From Raillietiella orientalis (Eukaryota), in the NCBI GenBank assembly GCA_036172245.1, contig JAYWIR010000095.1, positions 1-64,000 on the forward strand: a DNA stretch of 64,000 nucleotides. The letters are read 5' to 3'. The notes under the pieces are model-generated. The model ran no database searches, was not told where the DNA came from, and saw only the letters and a program-made list of their open reading frames with translations. How positions within the stretch are numbered: position 1 is the stretch's first letter; every line of letters starts with the position of its first letter. Made by a program: the position numbers and the translations under genes. Of this stretch, positions 23,801-35,623 are shown piece by piece.

Positions 23801-26800
23801 CCAAGGTTCATTCACACTTGCCTTGGCATTCCCATCTATCTATAATGTGGAACGTATTGCCTCTCTTTACAAGGTTGGTTCTCTTGCCGGGTGCATGGAG
23901 CAGTGCCTCTAGACAACTCAGGACAGACCACACTTGCGCTGCTACGGCAGTGCTCATCAGAAACAGCATTTCTTTGAGGCTTTACACCTCACACCTGCGT
24001 CCACTATTCAAATTGACCTATTTTTCCACTGAATTATTTGTCATCGGAGATAATTGGAAATTTTAAGTTAAAGGAAATTCTTTTTCAAATGGAATACGTC
24101 TCTTTGAAACTGCTTGCATTTCTAAACTGAAGGTTGTGCATCCCAATGTGTTGTAATCCTCTAGGTCTGACTTGGCAAATGCGGTAGTTTGTAAGTTTGA
24201 CCTTTGATAACTGGTGATTACTGGTATTGTCTTTCACAGTTTTTTCCATACGTACTACGAATATCTTCAGGCTGAAGCTAAGGTCAACGGTTGCCGTTAG
24301 CAACCACAGGACTTTGATTCTACACTTGCACTGCTTAGAAGTCCTGTAAACATAAAATTGAGACTAAAATTTAGAATTTCCGCTCTCGAAGCGAGTTTGC
24401 GATTAAAACCAAGTGAGAAATCAGATGAATGCCATGTCCTCTTATTAGGATCATATCATGTGGAAGTTATATCTTAAAGGGGCAGTTCGGTTGCATACAC
24501 CAAGAAAACCCATTGGTAGCTGGGATAATAGCTGGTAATAGTTAGTAAAAGAAACACGGTTCCTGAAAGGAGAAAAAAGTCTTCTCAATCATCTGAATGG
24601 GAACTCAGTACGAAAATATTTCGCGGCAGCAATGACACTGTCCTCTCTACCAGAAAACTTCGAAGACTTCGAGTTTGATCTTTTGTCTGCGGCCTAAGTT
24701 TAAAGTTACGGGAGGACTTTTCGTAAAATGACCGACAATAAAATAAGAGTTTTCTTCCTTTTTTTTTTGTCTTTTCAGATTTCGAGTTCGGAGAAACAAC
24801 AACAAATGCTGTATTCCAATGGCAATTAAAAATTTATATGAATACCCATTTGCAATGGAAAGCTGGAGAGATGCCTTGTTTGCAGCAGACTGGCTTACGG
24901 TCAGGTTCCGAAGTTTCTTCTTCGCATTTTAGAACTACAGACAAGAACTTTTCCTTTTCTCAGAAAGAACCACCGATTCTGGCAGGTACGGATCTGCAAT
25001 GAGGAAAAGAGAATTTGGCAGCCGGAAGCTTTTTTTTTGAACGACACTTTTCAGATTGGTTTCCGGATCTTCCCTCGAATTTCTATTACCTTCGTCTTTG
25101 GTTGGGTTTCATCAAAAATGCCAAAGGCACATTTTAGAAGATGGATCCAGTTTTAACTTGACTCTCAAATTGCTATTTTCATTAGTCGTGTTTTTGGGTC
25201 GCACGTATGTGTTTCGTAGCACAGCTTACAATCATGAACGCTCACTAAAGCTCAAACTTCATATTTATGTGAGCTCCTGTCATTTAGTTTTGGAACGCAA
25301 CTTAGAAAGATGTTTTTCTATGGAGGAAAACAGGAAAGAACATTCCGATACTACCAGAGGTCACCACCGAAAACCTGTTTTCAGGGATTTGAAAAACTAA
25401 CCAAGGAGGAATTGGATTTGCATGTGAATAAAGAAATGAGCACACATCATCGAAGCAAAATCAAATTAAGATCTGAATGATTAACATGCTCACACGAAAA
25501 TAATTGGCCCCAAAAGTTTCAATCAGTCCTTCTTGAGTCTTCGCAGATGGTCCCTGGTGATGCTCTGAGCCGAGCTGCTGATGAGCGAACACTTTGCTAT
25601 GTAGATAAGAGCACTCCTGCTTGTCTACAAAGGCAATTTATTTGGAGTTTTCATCTGTTTTGCTGTCAGAGCAAGCTGCGCATTGGTAACTAGAATTCTG
25701 CTGCTAAATCACCAACGAATCTCAGATCGCCCGAGAGTCTATTTGCCGAGCTCCAGAGTTCGAGAGTCGCGGAGGTAAAGGATGTTTTCCAGATGGTTGT
25801 GAGCTGTACCCCCTCCCGGACGATGCCTTTAATCAGAAATCCTGGTGTTTTTTGTTTTTGTTTTTGGCGTCCTCTCCGTGTTCCGACCCAGCGTCGTTCC
25901 GTCAGAGATCCCCACCGTCTCCGACAACAACCAAGATTTAGATAGAGATTATTCCTTTTTTTTTTTTTTTTTTGAGATAGGTTTTTTCACTTTGCACGTG
26001 AAGACGGCGGCGGTTCCGTGTTGGGAGAGTCGTAAGAAACCGCCGAGCAAGTTCAAGTCATCTGCCTTGTGAGCTCTGTTCTCAAAGTTCATCATTCAGT
26101 CGAAGAAGACAAAACAAATAGAAGAACTCCTTCTTCTGTTTGCTAGCATATCGATTAAATCACTCAACTCTTCAGCAGTCTTAGCAGTCGGTCTTCATTC
26201 TCCAAGAAAAAAAAAGGCAGCACTCTTAAATGCACTACCGGAATCGATGGTTCTTTCTGAGGGAAAAAGAAAAAGTTCTTGTTTTTAGTTCTAAGATGCG
26301 AAGACGAAACTTCGGAACCTGATCATAAGCCAGCCTTAGAATTGTGTTCCAGTCCATGCAAGGAATGAAAGGAAGGATCGAGAGGAGATGCTAGAGTCAT
26401 CGTCGTTTCCATGAGCACCAAGAAAGAAGTTCATGGTTCGTTCCCTTTGTTTTTCATTCCAGGACTAGAGAAACAACTAAGAAGAAGAAAAGAGGGTACT
26501 TCTTAAGCTCCATAGATAGGACAAGTGGTGGCGGTTACAAAGATGCAGAAGTGCTGCTGTGGTAACGAGAGGGGATTCACATCCTGGTTCTCTCTCCGCC
26601 GAATTTGGACTAAGAAACATCTTCAGAGGGAATCATCCTTCATTTCTCAAGATCAATACATAGTGCACAGAAGAGGGATGAGCAGAGCAGTCTCTTATCC
26701 CACTTGGAAACCTTGAAGAGAAAGCTGAGACCTTCGAAGTACATCATCATCATGCCTGAAACATCTTGAAGCTGTCATGTGAGCCCATCATGAAACTCCC

Positions 26801-29239
26801 TGGTTGCGAAAAATCCCTTTCAGTAGCAGAAACCTACGATATCTGGACCTCTGTCATCTAAAGGAATTTAGCAAACATTCTTTTCAATTTGAAATCGTTA
26901 AAAAAGAAAGAAATGTGGTAGTACATCAACAGAGTTTCTAACAGCACAAGTCAAGCGATCGATTTGCGGAGGGGGGAATTGTGATTTCTGCAAAAGTCTA
27001 TTTTGCTGAGGCAAATGGAATGTAGAAAGGAGAGACTCTGCCAAAACCACATCGAATAGTGAAAAAATATAGGGCATCTCAGGAGAGAAGCAGCCTACAG
27101 ATGCAGTAGCGCCAAACAGCTTTATTATGTATGCTCGTTCCAGGTACTGCTCCTTAAGCCATGTAAGACGCGTCTTCCCAAACGGGATAGGTGGATATTG
27201 ATGCAACTTGTGCGAAACGAAATCCGAACTCTGTGACGAATTTATAGAGATTCATCCTCCTTCTAAAAATGAAATGGAGACATGGAATGGAGATCGTTAT
27301 AGAGATTCATCACCTGCAAGTCAGGTTTCCGCAGGTCGTGAAATTTTCGTCCGGTAACTTGATCTGCCTTTCGCAAAAACGATACAGGGAAAAACGGATG
27401 AAAACTATGTGGTACAGAATCAGGAGCATAAGCGGCTGGATTTCTCATGCATCTCTTTCATACTCGAGAATCCAAGGAAAGTTCCGATCTTTCAGTGAGA
27501 AGAGAACATTCCTGGAAAACCACGAGGCTGAAGCTTTCAACTGAAAAATGAAAGATGGGCTATTTTAGTTTTTGCACCTTATGCCTGCAACTGCTCCACA
27601 AAAGAGGTGACCTTTTTGCACGAAAGTTTTTGCTCGGCACATCCATCCGTCCATCCTGAAGAACGTTTTCATTCCGTCTCCTCTCCCAGCAGATGACTCT
27701 CTTGATTCTTAGCTCCTGACGCGATGGTAAAGCTCCTCACTCGGAAAGCTGTCTTATCGGGGAAAACATCCGAGGGATTCGAAACTTCTTTCAGTTCGAG
27801 ATTTTCCCTCCTTCTCTTTCTTTGGCACATCGTCTGCAAAAGTAAAGGTTTCACTTCTGGACCACGTGGAATTGCGGCTACACGTTGAACTTTACAAATT
27901 CCAGCAATCTGGCATCGTATTCCTTTCCTTGCCTCTCCATCTACGTACCTATACTGTTTCCATGGAGTGTACGGACATTGGTGTTAAAGAAACAACTTCT
28001 GGAGCATCTCTGCTTTGAGCGACCAACAATCCTTAATAAGACTTTGGGTTGCTGAACTTTGAGTTTCCTCAGTCGCGCAATGATTGTTTCCCGCTGCCGG
28101 ATTCATGATGACTCTTGGACAATTTCATGACTATCCGTTGTGGATCGGTGACTGTTCAATTAGCAGACTGTTCATAAATCCGCTGTGGGACTGTTTGGCA
28201 CAGCATCCGCCCGAACGTCTTCCAGCCAGTCTAGTGAAGCGATGCAGCACTCCAAAATCCATGACTGCGCGAGTGGCCTCAGGGAGACGTGAGTTCGAAT
28301 GATTGGCTGAAGTAACTTGACAGAGGGTACTGCACGGGATGCTGAAAATGACGACGTGAAAACATCACTGAGAAGAGAGTCGCTTGAAGCGATGAGATCT
28401 CGGAGTCTCGGCGACCAATTTCTGGACTTTTTGCAAAGGAGCTAGATGACTGCCTCCCAAGGTTTCACCCCTTAGGTTTCAGAGAGGATGGTTCCGTGAT
28501 CGTGAAGACTGAGTTGAAGACAACTCACTTCACAACTACTCGACGTGTATTCACCCGGCTGGTAATCACGCACCCGCTTGAAGAGTCTAAAGAGAGTCAG
28601 GAGGGTACTACCACAATTGTAGTGGATTGTATGTTCCAGTGACAGTTCCTCAAACCAGGTGGATTCCTCGTTTGTGCTTCATCCCCCCTGAGCCATGACA
28701 TAAAGAATAATCTTATGCTAAGGTCGCAGCTAGAAACCAGCAAAACTGACCATGTCGAAGTAGAAACTTCACTTTCATCGTCAAGATAGTGAAGTCCGTT
28801 CCCTGCTCGCGATCAGTTCCAGAGTTTCTCTCGTTCCCGAAAAAAACTGAGACGACATGTGCGAAGAGGAAGTTGCGGTGCTGGCAGTCGATAATGAATC
28901 CAGAATGTGCAAAGCTGGCTTCGCGTCCGATGACGTCCCCCGGGCGGTGTTCCCCTCCATCACGGGAAGACCGAGGCACCAGGGTGTGATGGTGGGCATG
29001 GACCAGAAGGACAGATACCTGATGGAGGAGGAGCGATCCAAAAGGGGTACCCTCATCCTGACGTACCCCATCGAGCACGGCATCATCACCTACTGGGACG
29101 ACATATGTTATCCCAGTAGGAGAAGATCTGGCACCACACACGTTTTACAACGATCTGCGGATGGCTCCCGATGAGCATCCCATTCCTGCTCGCCGAGGAC
29201 CCCCTCAACCCCAAAGCCAACCGAGAAAAGATGACTTAG

Positions 29240-29342
29240 GTAAAACCTCCTGTCCCTCGCCCTGAGATCCTCCAAAGGGGGCAATATCTAGGGAGGCAGC
29301 AGCCGGCTTCCTGCGCTCGCTCCGAGATGTTCCTCCTTGCAG
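29240..29342 (+). other. actin pseudogene intron (after Gln121-equivalent, phase 0)
   Basis: GTAAAA...CCTTGCAG; removal joins KMT(Q>stop) to IMFE. Confidence 0.92.
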
Positions 29343-29481
29343 ATCATGTTCGAGGCCTTCAACTGCCCTGCCATGTACGTAGCCATCGAGGCCGTACTTT
29401 CCATGTATGCCTCCGGGCGTACCACGGGCATCGTCCTGGATTCCAGTGATGGTGTTTCGCGCACCGTACCCATCTACGAAG

Positions 29482-29573
29482 GTGACTCTCCCTCTGTCCT
29501 CCTTTTCTTCCACCCAGTCCTTCAGCAGCCTCAGTCTCTCGTTTTCCTCTGCATGACATCTCTCCTCTTCCAG
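29482..29573 (+). other. actin pseudogene intron (within Gly168-equivalent, phase 1)
   Basis: GTGACT...CTCTTCCAG; removal gives PIYE-G-YALPH. Confidence 0.92.
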
Positions 29574-29679
29574 GTTACGCGCTCCCTCATGCTATACTCC
29601 GACTGGAAATCGCCGGAAGGGAACTCACGGACTGCTTGATGAATCTTCACGGAAAGGGGGTACTCCTTTACGACCACGG

Positions 29680-29809
29680 GTAAAGAGGAGGTAAGGAGGA
29701 AGAGGAAGAGCTAAGGAGAAAGGGTTCTCTCTTTTTCTCCTCTTCCTCTTCCTCCTTCTCCCGCAAACGCCTCCCTCTCCCCACCAACCGGTGCCTCCGC
29801 TTCTTCCAG
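29680..29809 (+). other. actin pseudogene intron (within Ala204-equivalent, phase 1)
   Basis: GTAAAG...TTCTTCCAG; removal gives SFTTT-V-EREIVR. Confidence 0.92.
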
Positions 29810-31180
29810 TCGAGCGCGAGATCGTGCGACACAGCAAGGAGAAACTGTTACGTGACCCTGGACTTCGATCAGAAGATGGCCAAGGAGGTGGCGTCGACTT
29901 ACCTGGAGAAATCCTACGTGCTGCCCGGCGAGCAGGTCATCACCACCGGCAACGAGAGGTTCCGCGGTAGCTCTCTTCCAGCCGTCCATACTGGACATGG
30001 AGTCGTGCAAATGAATCCACGGGACCGTGTACAACTCCACCGTGAAGTGCGATGTGGGCATCCCGCAAGGACTTGCACACCAACGCGGTCCTGTCCGGGG
30101 GCGCCACTATGTATCCGGGTATCTCCGACCGCATGCGGAAGTAGATCGCCATGCAGCCCAGCACAATCAAGATCAAGGTCATCACCCCTCCCGAGAGGAA
30201 GTACTCCGTCTGGATCGGAGGCTCCATCCTCGCCTCGCTGTCCACCTTACAGCAGGTGTGGATCAGCAAGCAGGAGTACGACGAGTCCGATCTACGAGAA
30301 AAGAGTCTTCGATCCGACGTCGAGAGAGCGAGGCGCGGCTCGTTCTGAGATCAGGGCTGCTTGTTGCGCAAAGGGTCCTACGCTTCAGTGCGGCGCCAGC
30401 GAGGTAAACTCTACGGATCAAAGGGGTCCATTTCGCAACAAGTGCCACGTGCTTTCCTGCGTCTGGTGCAGCAAGAACTGGAACCATTCATCCTCTCATT
30501 CCTCAGGACAGAAACCCGCAGGGACGACTCGTCAGGGTTTCACGGAAATGGAAAGCTGGTCGAGTGAGGTCATAAAGTTCATAGCTAAAACGAGGAGGAG
30601 CGCATCCCGAGAAGCTGATCTCGAGAACTCGGGAATCATTTTGAATGATTAGCGGAACTTTTGCAGCCTGAAACCCTAACAAGCTGACTTGAGCGTAGGA
30701 AGTGGCCCAGAAAGATGCAAAGCCTACAGAAAGCTTGCTCTGGACCTCGGGTTCCATGGTGTTTGCCCTCTGTTATGGAAATGTCCTCAGAAGACGATGT
30801 CCAAGCTCAAAGAACTCGAGACCCGTCTGCGCCGTGAGAGAATAATGCAAGGCAAGAAACTCAGAGAAACGTCTGAGTTTTCTGATCGGGTTTTCTGATC
30901 AAAGGCGATGCCAAAAACCCCCCACTGCTCTTTCGGGACTTCAGTTTCTGCTGCTGAGGCTGCAGTCCGGTAGGAAGGAAAGCACGGAAAAAAGATCAGC
31001 AGCGAAAAAGATTACATGCCGCAAATGCTGTTGCTGTCCTTGTTTTTCTTTTTTTTTAAGAAGAAGGTATCTCCCTCCGACATAGAGAGATAAGAACTTC
31101 TCATGACCATCCCCGGCAGGAAGCGTGGCTGTTCGAAATTTAGAATTGCAAGTCTTAAGGAGCTCGAACACGGATCACTG

Positions 31181-32198
31181 ACATAAAGAAGAATGCGAAG
31201 CGTGGTCCCGCTGCCTCCAGAAGGTAGAGACGTCCATCGGCCCGTTCCAAGATGGCAGGTTTTTCCTGCAGGAACGGTCCGCGGTTTGGAACGCGTTCGC
31301 AGCTCCTCTCCTCCGCTCCCCTCTTTTTGTTTGCCCCCCCCCCCCCCCACCACAGAGAGGATAAAAAAGCGACGAAGGACCTCCTCCGTATCGCCCTTTG
31401 GGGCAACGGGAGGTCCTGAGTCCTCTTGAAGGACTTGCGCGCTCGCGTCGGGACGGCGGTCTCGGCCTCCTGACGTTGGAGCGGCTGGAGCTGAAGCTCC
31501 AGATCCAGGATGATGGCCGTTGTGCCGGAGTTGTGGTGCACCTGCTGGTGCGTCCCTGCACGTCTCGTCGTCATGCAAGCCACCGTCAAGACGGGACTCA
31601 CGTCCTTTCTTGCACCCCATCGCCGCCGCATCAACCGATGCGGACTCCAGCTACGGAGGGTGGCTGCCCTGACACGGAGAAACCATAGATGGATCACCTG
31701 TCGCCCTGAGAACGGTAGTGCCTGGTTGCACGAAGCCGTTCGCACGTGGGCACAGAGTGGCATGCAACGCGCCGAACAGGAACGACTGTTCCTGTTCGTG
31801 CGCTACAGAAGCTGCACGCTCCGAGAGATCCTGGAGGATCCGAAGAAGAGAGCGTTGGCAGGAAGAACCCCCCTCGCTGCTGCGCTGTCCTCCCTAAGGG
31901 AGGATTTGGACAGCGAAGTTGCGGCGAATTGAGAGGATAACATAAAGATCTCCGGAAGGGAGAAAACGATAGGAGTGTGGAAGACGGGCCAGCTAACTGA
32001 TGCTGCGACCCCGAGTACACCTCCTCATGGACTTCTGCGCTTAGGCGCGCTGCTCGATGTTCCACTGGAACATCTGAAGTGGCCCCCAGTGCTAATGAAC
32101 ACCTCCAGCCTCCCCTTAAAATGGCAGGAGTCGGCGCTACTGTTGCTGCACTAGGGACTCCCGTGCAACGCCTGCCGACACCATTGGACCTGGGGAGC
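31181..32198 (+). mobile_element. L1/Tx1-like copy D, 5' part
   Basis: Plus-strand WSRCLQKVETSIGPF..RFFLQERSAVWNAF (thumb), RSRRDGGLGLLTLE, and LPLKWQESALLLLH*GLPCNACRHHWTWGA. Left TSD candidate at 31164-31180. Confidence 0.85.
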
Positions 32199-33288
32199 TC
32201 CCACCCGGTCACGCCGGGGCGTTTATTTCTAAACTCTGTACATTTGCGGCACGAGGCTCCGCTACGGCCAATAGACCGTGGGTCCTGCTGGGAAGCCAGT
32301 GCGCAGACCGGCTTGATTCTTCTCGGCAACCGTGAGGATGGGGGAGAAAACAAAAATAAAAATAAAAAGGAAAACAAAAAAAAAGAAACCCTTGGGAGAT
32401 CCCTCTGCATAGATGCCAGATGGGACCATCCGATCGCGATTCGCAGGTAGCGACCCGCGTGTACGATGGGGTCCCTATCGCTGCTTCCTCTGTTGGCTGC
32501 GCTCCACGCAGCCACAATCCCTCGTAGGCAGCAGAGCGCTGCCAGGGCTGAGGCTGGTTGCAGGGCGTCTCGCACTAAGAGGAGTCGCACAACGTTTCTG
32601 GGGGGACTGCCGAACAGCATCCGGAAGGTCGCAGCAAAACGTTCCCACAAGGGCCGGAGGGCAGAGCAGTCCACTAGTAGGTGGGGGAGGGATTCCTTTT
32701 CCCTGCACACTGCACACTTCTGTCCCATCTTCCCCAACGTCCAGTAGTGGCGGCACGCGTTGCAGGGAAGACATCAGTGCAACGGCAGCAGAGCCGATTC
32801 CTGCCACTTGAGGGAGAGAGTGGACGTGTCTGCAAATACCGGGGGCCACTTTAAGTCATCCAGCGGGATGCCCAGCAGCTCGCCCATCTCCGAATTCCTC
32901 GGAGATGACGCTCGGGGTCGCGGCGTCGGCCAGTTCCCTCGTGGTCCAGCCGCTCATCCTCTGCTCCCTGCCCGCTATCCGGCAGGAGACTTGCCACCTC
33001 GGCGTTCGGCTGCTGCCGAGCGCCCTCCTCAGGAAGGGCAGCGCCGTGGTCAGTGGGGTCGTCTCCTCCCACGTGCTTCTGGCGGGACACTCGAGCATGT
33101 TCCGCAGCATGCAGTTGGTGTAGATGCTGGGTCGCAGGCAGTTCCAGGATTCACCACTAGACTGGTTCAACTTCGTCCACGTGCCAACTGTTTCTTCCAG
33201 CCATGCGCTGGAGTTGGTGGGGCCGCAGGCCATCCAGCCGTTCTCCTTGGCCAGGGTGGCCATGCGTCCGAGGAGAAGGCCGCATCTT
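32199..33288 (-). mobile_element. L1/Tx1-like copy E, nested antisense in copy D with a perfect 9-bp TSD
   Basis: CAVCREKESLPHLLVDCSALRPLWERF (intact CCHC). Flanked by CTGGGGAGC at 32190-32198 and 33289-33297. Terminus hairpin at 32204-32218. Confidence 0.92.
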
Positions 33289-33891
33289 CTGGGGAGCGGT
33301 AAACCCCAATTGTGTTAGGTGTGCGAAACGGTAGTCCCTCCCCCACCTCCTTGTGGATTGTGTTGCCCTTCGGCCTCTTTGACTACACTTTGCCACGGCC
33401 ATCGGAATCCCCTGCGGCAACCCCAGGGACGCTAATGAAAGCTTTCTTCGTTTCCGACTCCCTTAGGTCTGCAGCCTCGTTAACAGCCCTGTGCTGTCTT
33501 CGTGGGATCGTCGCCGCTTGGAGCAAGGCAACGGAAGGACCTTACGATAAGGGTGCCATCCAGCGCGCCGCCGAATTTTTGGAAAGGGCGATGTGATGGC
33601 CCCACCTGGATCCAGGAATACAGAGAGAGCTTGCCGGCATCCTGCTAAGGATGCAACGGCCCCAGCAGCAACAGTGATCCCTTCCTGCACCCTCCCATGT
33701 TTTCTTTTGTTTTTGTTTAGTTTTTTCTGTTTGTTCCTCCTTCCCCTGCTGCCGTGGTGGACCGTACCGGTCTGCGAATCGGTGACCTGTGAGGCTCTGT
33801 GTTGTTTCTTCGGGCGTGGATCACTGGTCCAGCCACAGCCCGTATTAAGAGTTTGTTTTTAAAATAAACGCCCCGGCGATCCGGGTGAAAA
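33289..33891 (+). mobile_element. L1/Tx1-like copy D, 3' part
   Basis: Resumes with WGAVNPNCVRCAKR*SLPHLLVDCVALRPL..ALCCLRGIVAAWS. Ends AAAATAAACGCCCCGGCGATCCGGGTGAAAA (33861-33891). Right TSD candidate 33892-33908 is 14/17 identical to 31164-31180. Confidence 0.88.
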
Positions 33892-35278
33892 TCGAACATG
33901 GAGCACGGCAAGCGTACTGCCTCATGGAGAAGATGGAGGAGAGGCCATTGGTGCACTCTGATTAGGAAGTCCGAGGCGGGAAGAACTGAAGAAACGGGAA
34001 TGATTTGCAGCGGCAGAGTAGTCCATTTGGGTCCAGTAAAAAGTAAAGCTATTTTTTAACCCTAATTTTTTTTTTGCGTGCGCGGTTGTTGACTAGCAAA
34101 AATAGCAGAGTTGATTTTCTCACAGAATGGATCCGTTTCTATCCTTGAAAAAAAAAACGAGAAAGGTTGGGAGGAGGAAAAAGACCAGGAGGTCAAAGAA
34201 GAGGAACAGCTGACATAATGGAGAAAGTGTCCTTCGTATCCAGTGCGCAAGACAGCCAATGAGATGACTGATCTCCCTTTTGATGATTTTCAGCTTCCTG
34301 CCTTCCTAGCTTTAGTCGACTGCACCATCTGACCTCCCAGAGGTTGATGTTTCTTGCTTTCGAGTATTGCTCAACGTCGATTTTCTTTCCCGGAGGTTAG
34401 CAATCCCAGTGAAACCTTATCTTTCTTTCTTCCACAGGTGAATAACGCTTTCGCCTTCTGTCTACTTCGAATCCCAGGAAAGGTCATTTGGGGGAAGATT
34501 CCTCCTCTATCATCACTAGCAAAGATGCGGGTTTCGATGGTGGTCTGTCAAAGAAACGCTCAGCCACTGCCGGAAGATAGCAAGCCATTTGTTTCGTTTC
34601 CATGGGGAGGTTTTTGTGGTGAGGAGGCCCTTTCGGTAGCCACCTTGGGGCGAAAGTTTACCTCATTAGAAGGATGACACACCACGACCCTTATCCATAG
34701 ACTACCAACGACGACGCTGCTTCTTCTGCACTTCATTCACGAAAGGGAAAAGAAGACGAGTCTACTTGGTCCACACGGGGTTCGATTTAGTCCTCCAACT
34801 CCCGATTTCCGAAAAATTCAGACCTTCCCTATGAGCGTCCCGCAGCCCGCGTCGACCAATCTGCTGATCCTCCGGTGGCCAGCTTCAAGCCCCCAACTTT
34901 TACGTCTGCTTCTTGGGGAGTGCGGAAGCGATGAAGTGCTGAGTCGACTTGTCGGAGAGTCACTCATTCGGCGGCAACTTGCAGATTGTTCCAAGACAGA
35001 GACAGAGGTCCATTGCTCCCAGCAGAGAAGACTTTCTTGTTAAAGAACTAAGCAAATCAGCGAGTTGCACATGAAGAGATCGATGAGGTAGAGCAGCCAC
35101 ATGTGCAGGTCGAGATAGGTCGATGGTCCACGTGATCATCTCTGTCAGCATCAACGGTGTTCCCATAGGCCGGTTAAGGATAGAAAAAGCCTTTTCTGAA
35201 GCACAGAGTTGCGTGGGCATCTCAGCCTCTAGCAGAGGACCAGCCTGCATTATTTTTTTCCTGTTTTGACATCCGGTC

Positions 35279-35623
35279 CCTCCGGGGCGTTTATTTCGCA
35301 AAATAAACAAACACAGCGGGAACGGAGTTCCCACAAGAAACAAATAGAAGCTTGCCTGGGAGGGAAGACTCACTCGCAGGTCGGTCACGTAAAAAGGAGG
35401 AGCGGAAAGGAGGGGGCAATAAATAAATAAAAAAAAAGATCAGGTGGGAAGGGGCAGGGATCTTTGGTTAGTGACGCTCCCTCTCCTACTCCCTCTACAA
35501 GCCAGAGGTGAGATCCGAGACGACTTCTCGCAGATGTGGTCATCACGCTGCAGTCCTGTAGGATGTCGGCTGCGGTGAGTCTTCACCTGGCTGCGAGCAT
35601 CGCTGCGAGCGAAGTTGACGACG
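35279..35623 (-). mobile_element. L1/Tx1-like copy F (short, severely 5'-truncated)
   Basis: CCGGGGCGTTTATT terminus at 35282-35295. CAGATGTGGTCATCACGCTGCAGTCCT aligns with CAGATGGGGTCATCCGGCTGCCGTCCT in copy C. Flanked by CATCCGGTC at 35270-35278 and 35624-35632. Confidence 0.75.

Larger units (their letters stand above)
28857..30289 (+). pseudogene. Act: actin pseudogene, unprocessed (intron-containing)
   Basis: Spliced translation follows actin throughout: [53 protein letters not shown] / [28 protein letters not shown] / [19 protein letters not shown] / [51 protein letters not shown]. Disabled by TAG stops (29237-29239, 30142-30144), a 14-bp insertion (29105-29118), several 1-2 bp frameshifts and loss of the GPSIVHRKCF end. 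Confidence 0.97.

Noticed and set aside
20490..25100. Possible multi-exon host gene (several AG/GT-bounded segments, e.g. 20599-20791, 20881-21050, 24779-24904)
   Set aside because: No recognisable protein or consistent reading frame could be assembled; needs RNA-seq or BLASTx.
32199..33891. Single L1 with a twin-priming 5' inversion
   Set aside because: Both orientations contain the same zf-RVT and 3'UTR region with separate termini, and a TSD brackets the inner copy, so these are two insertions.
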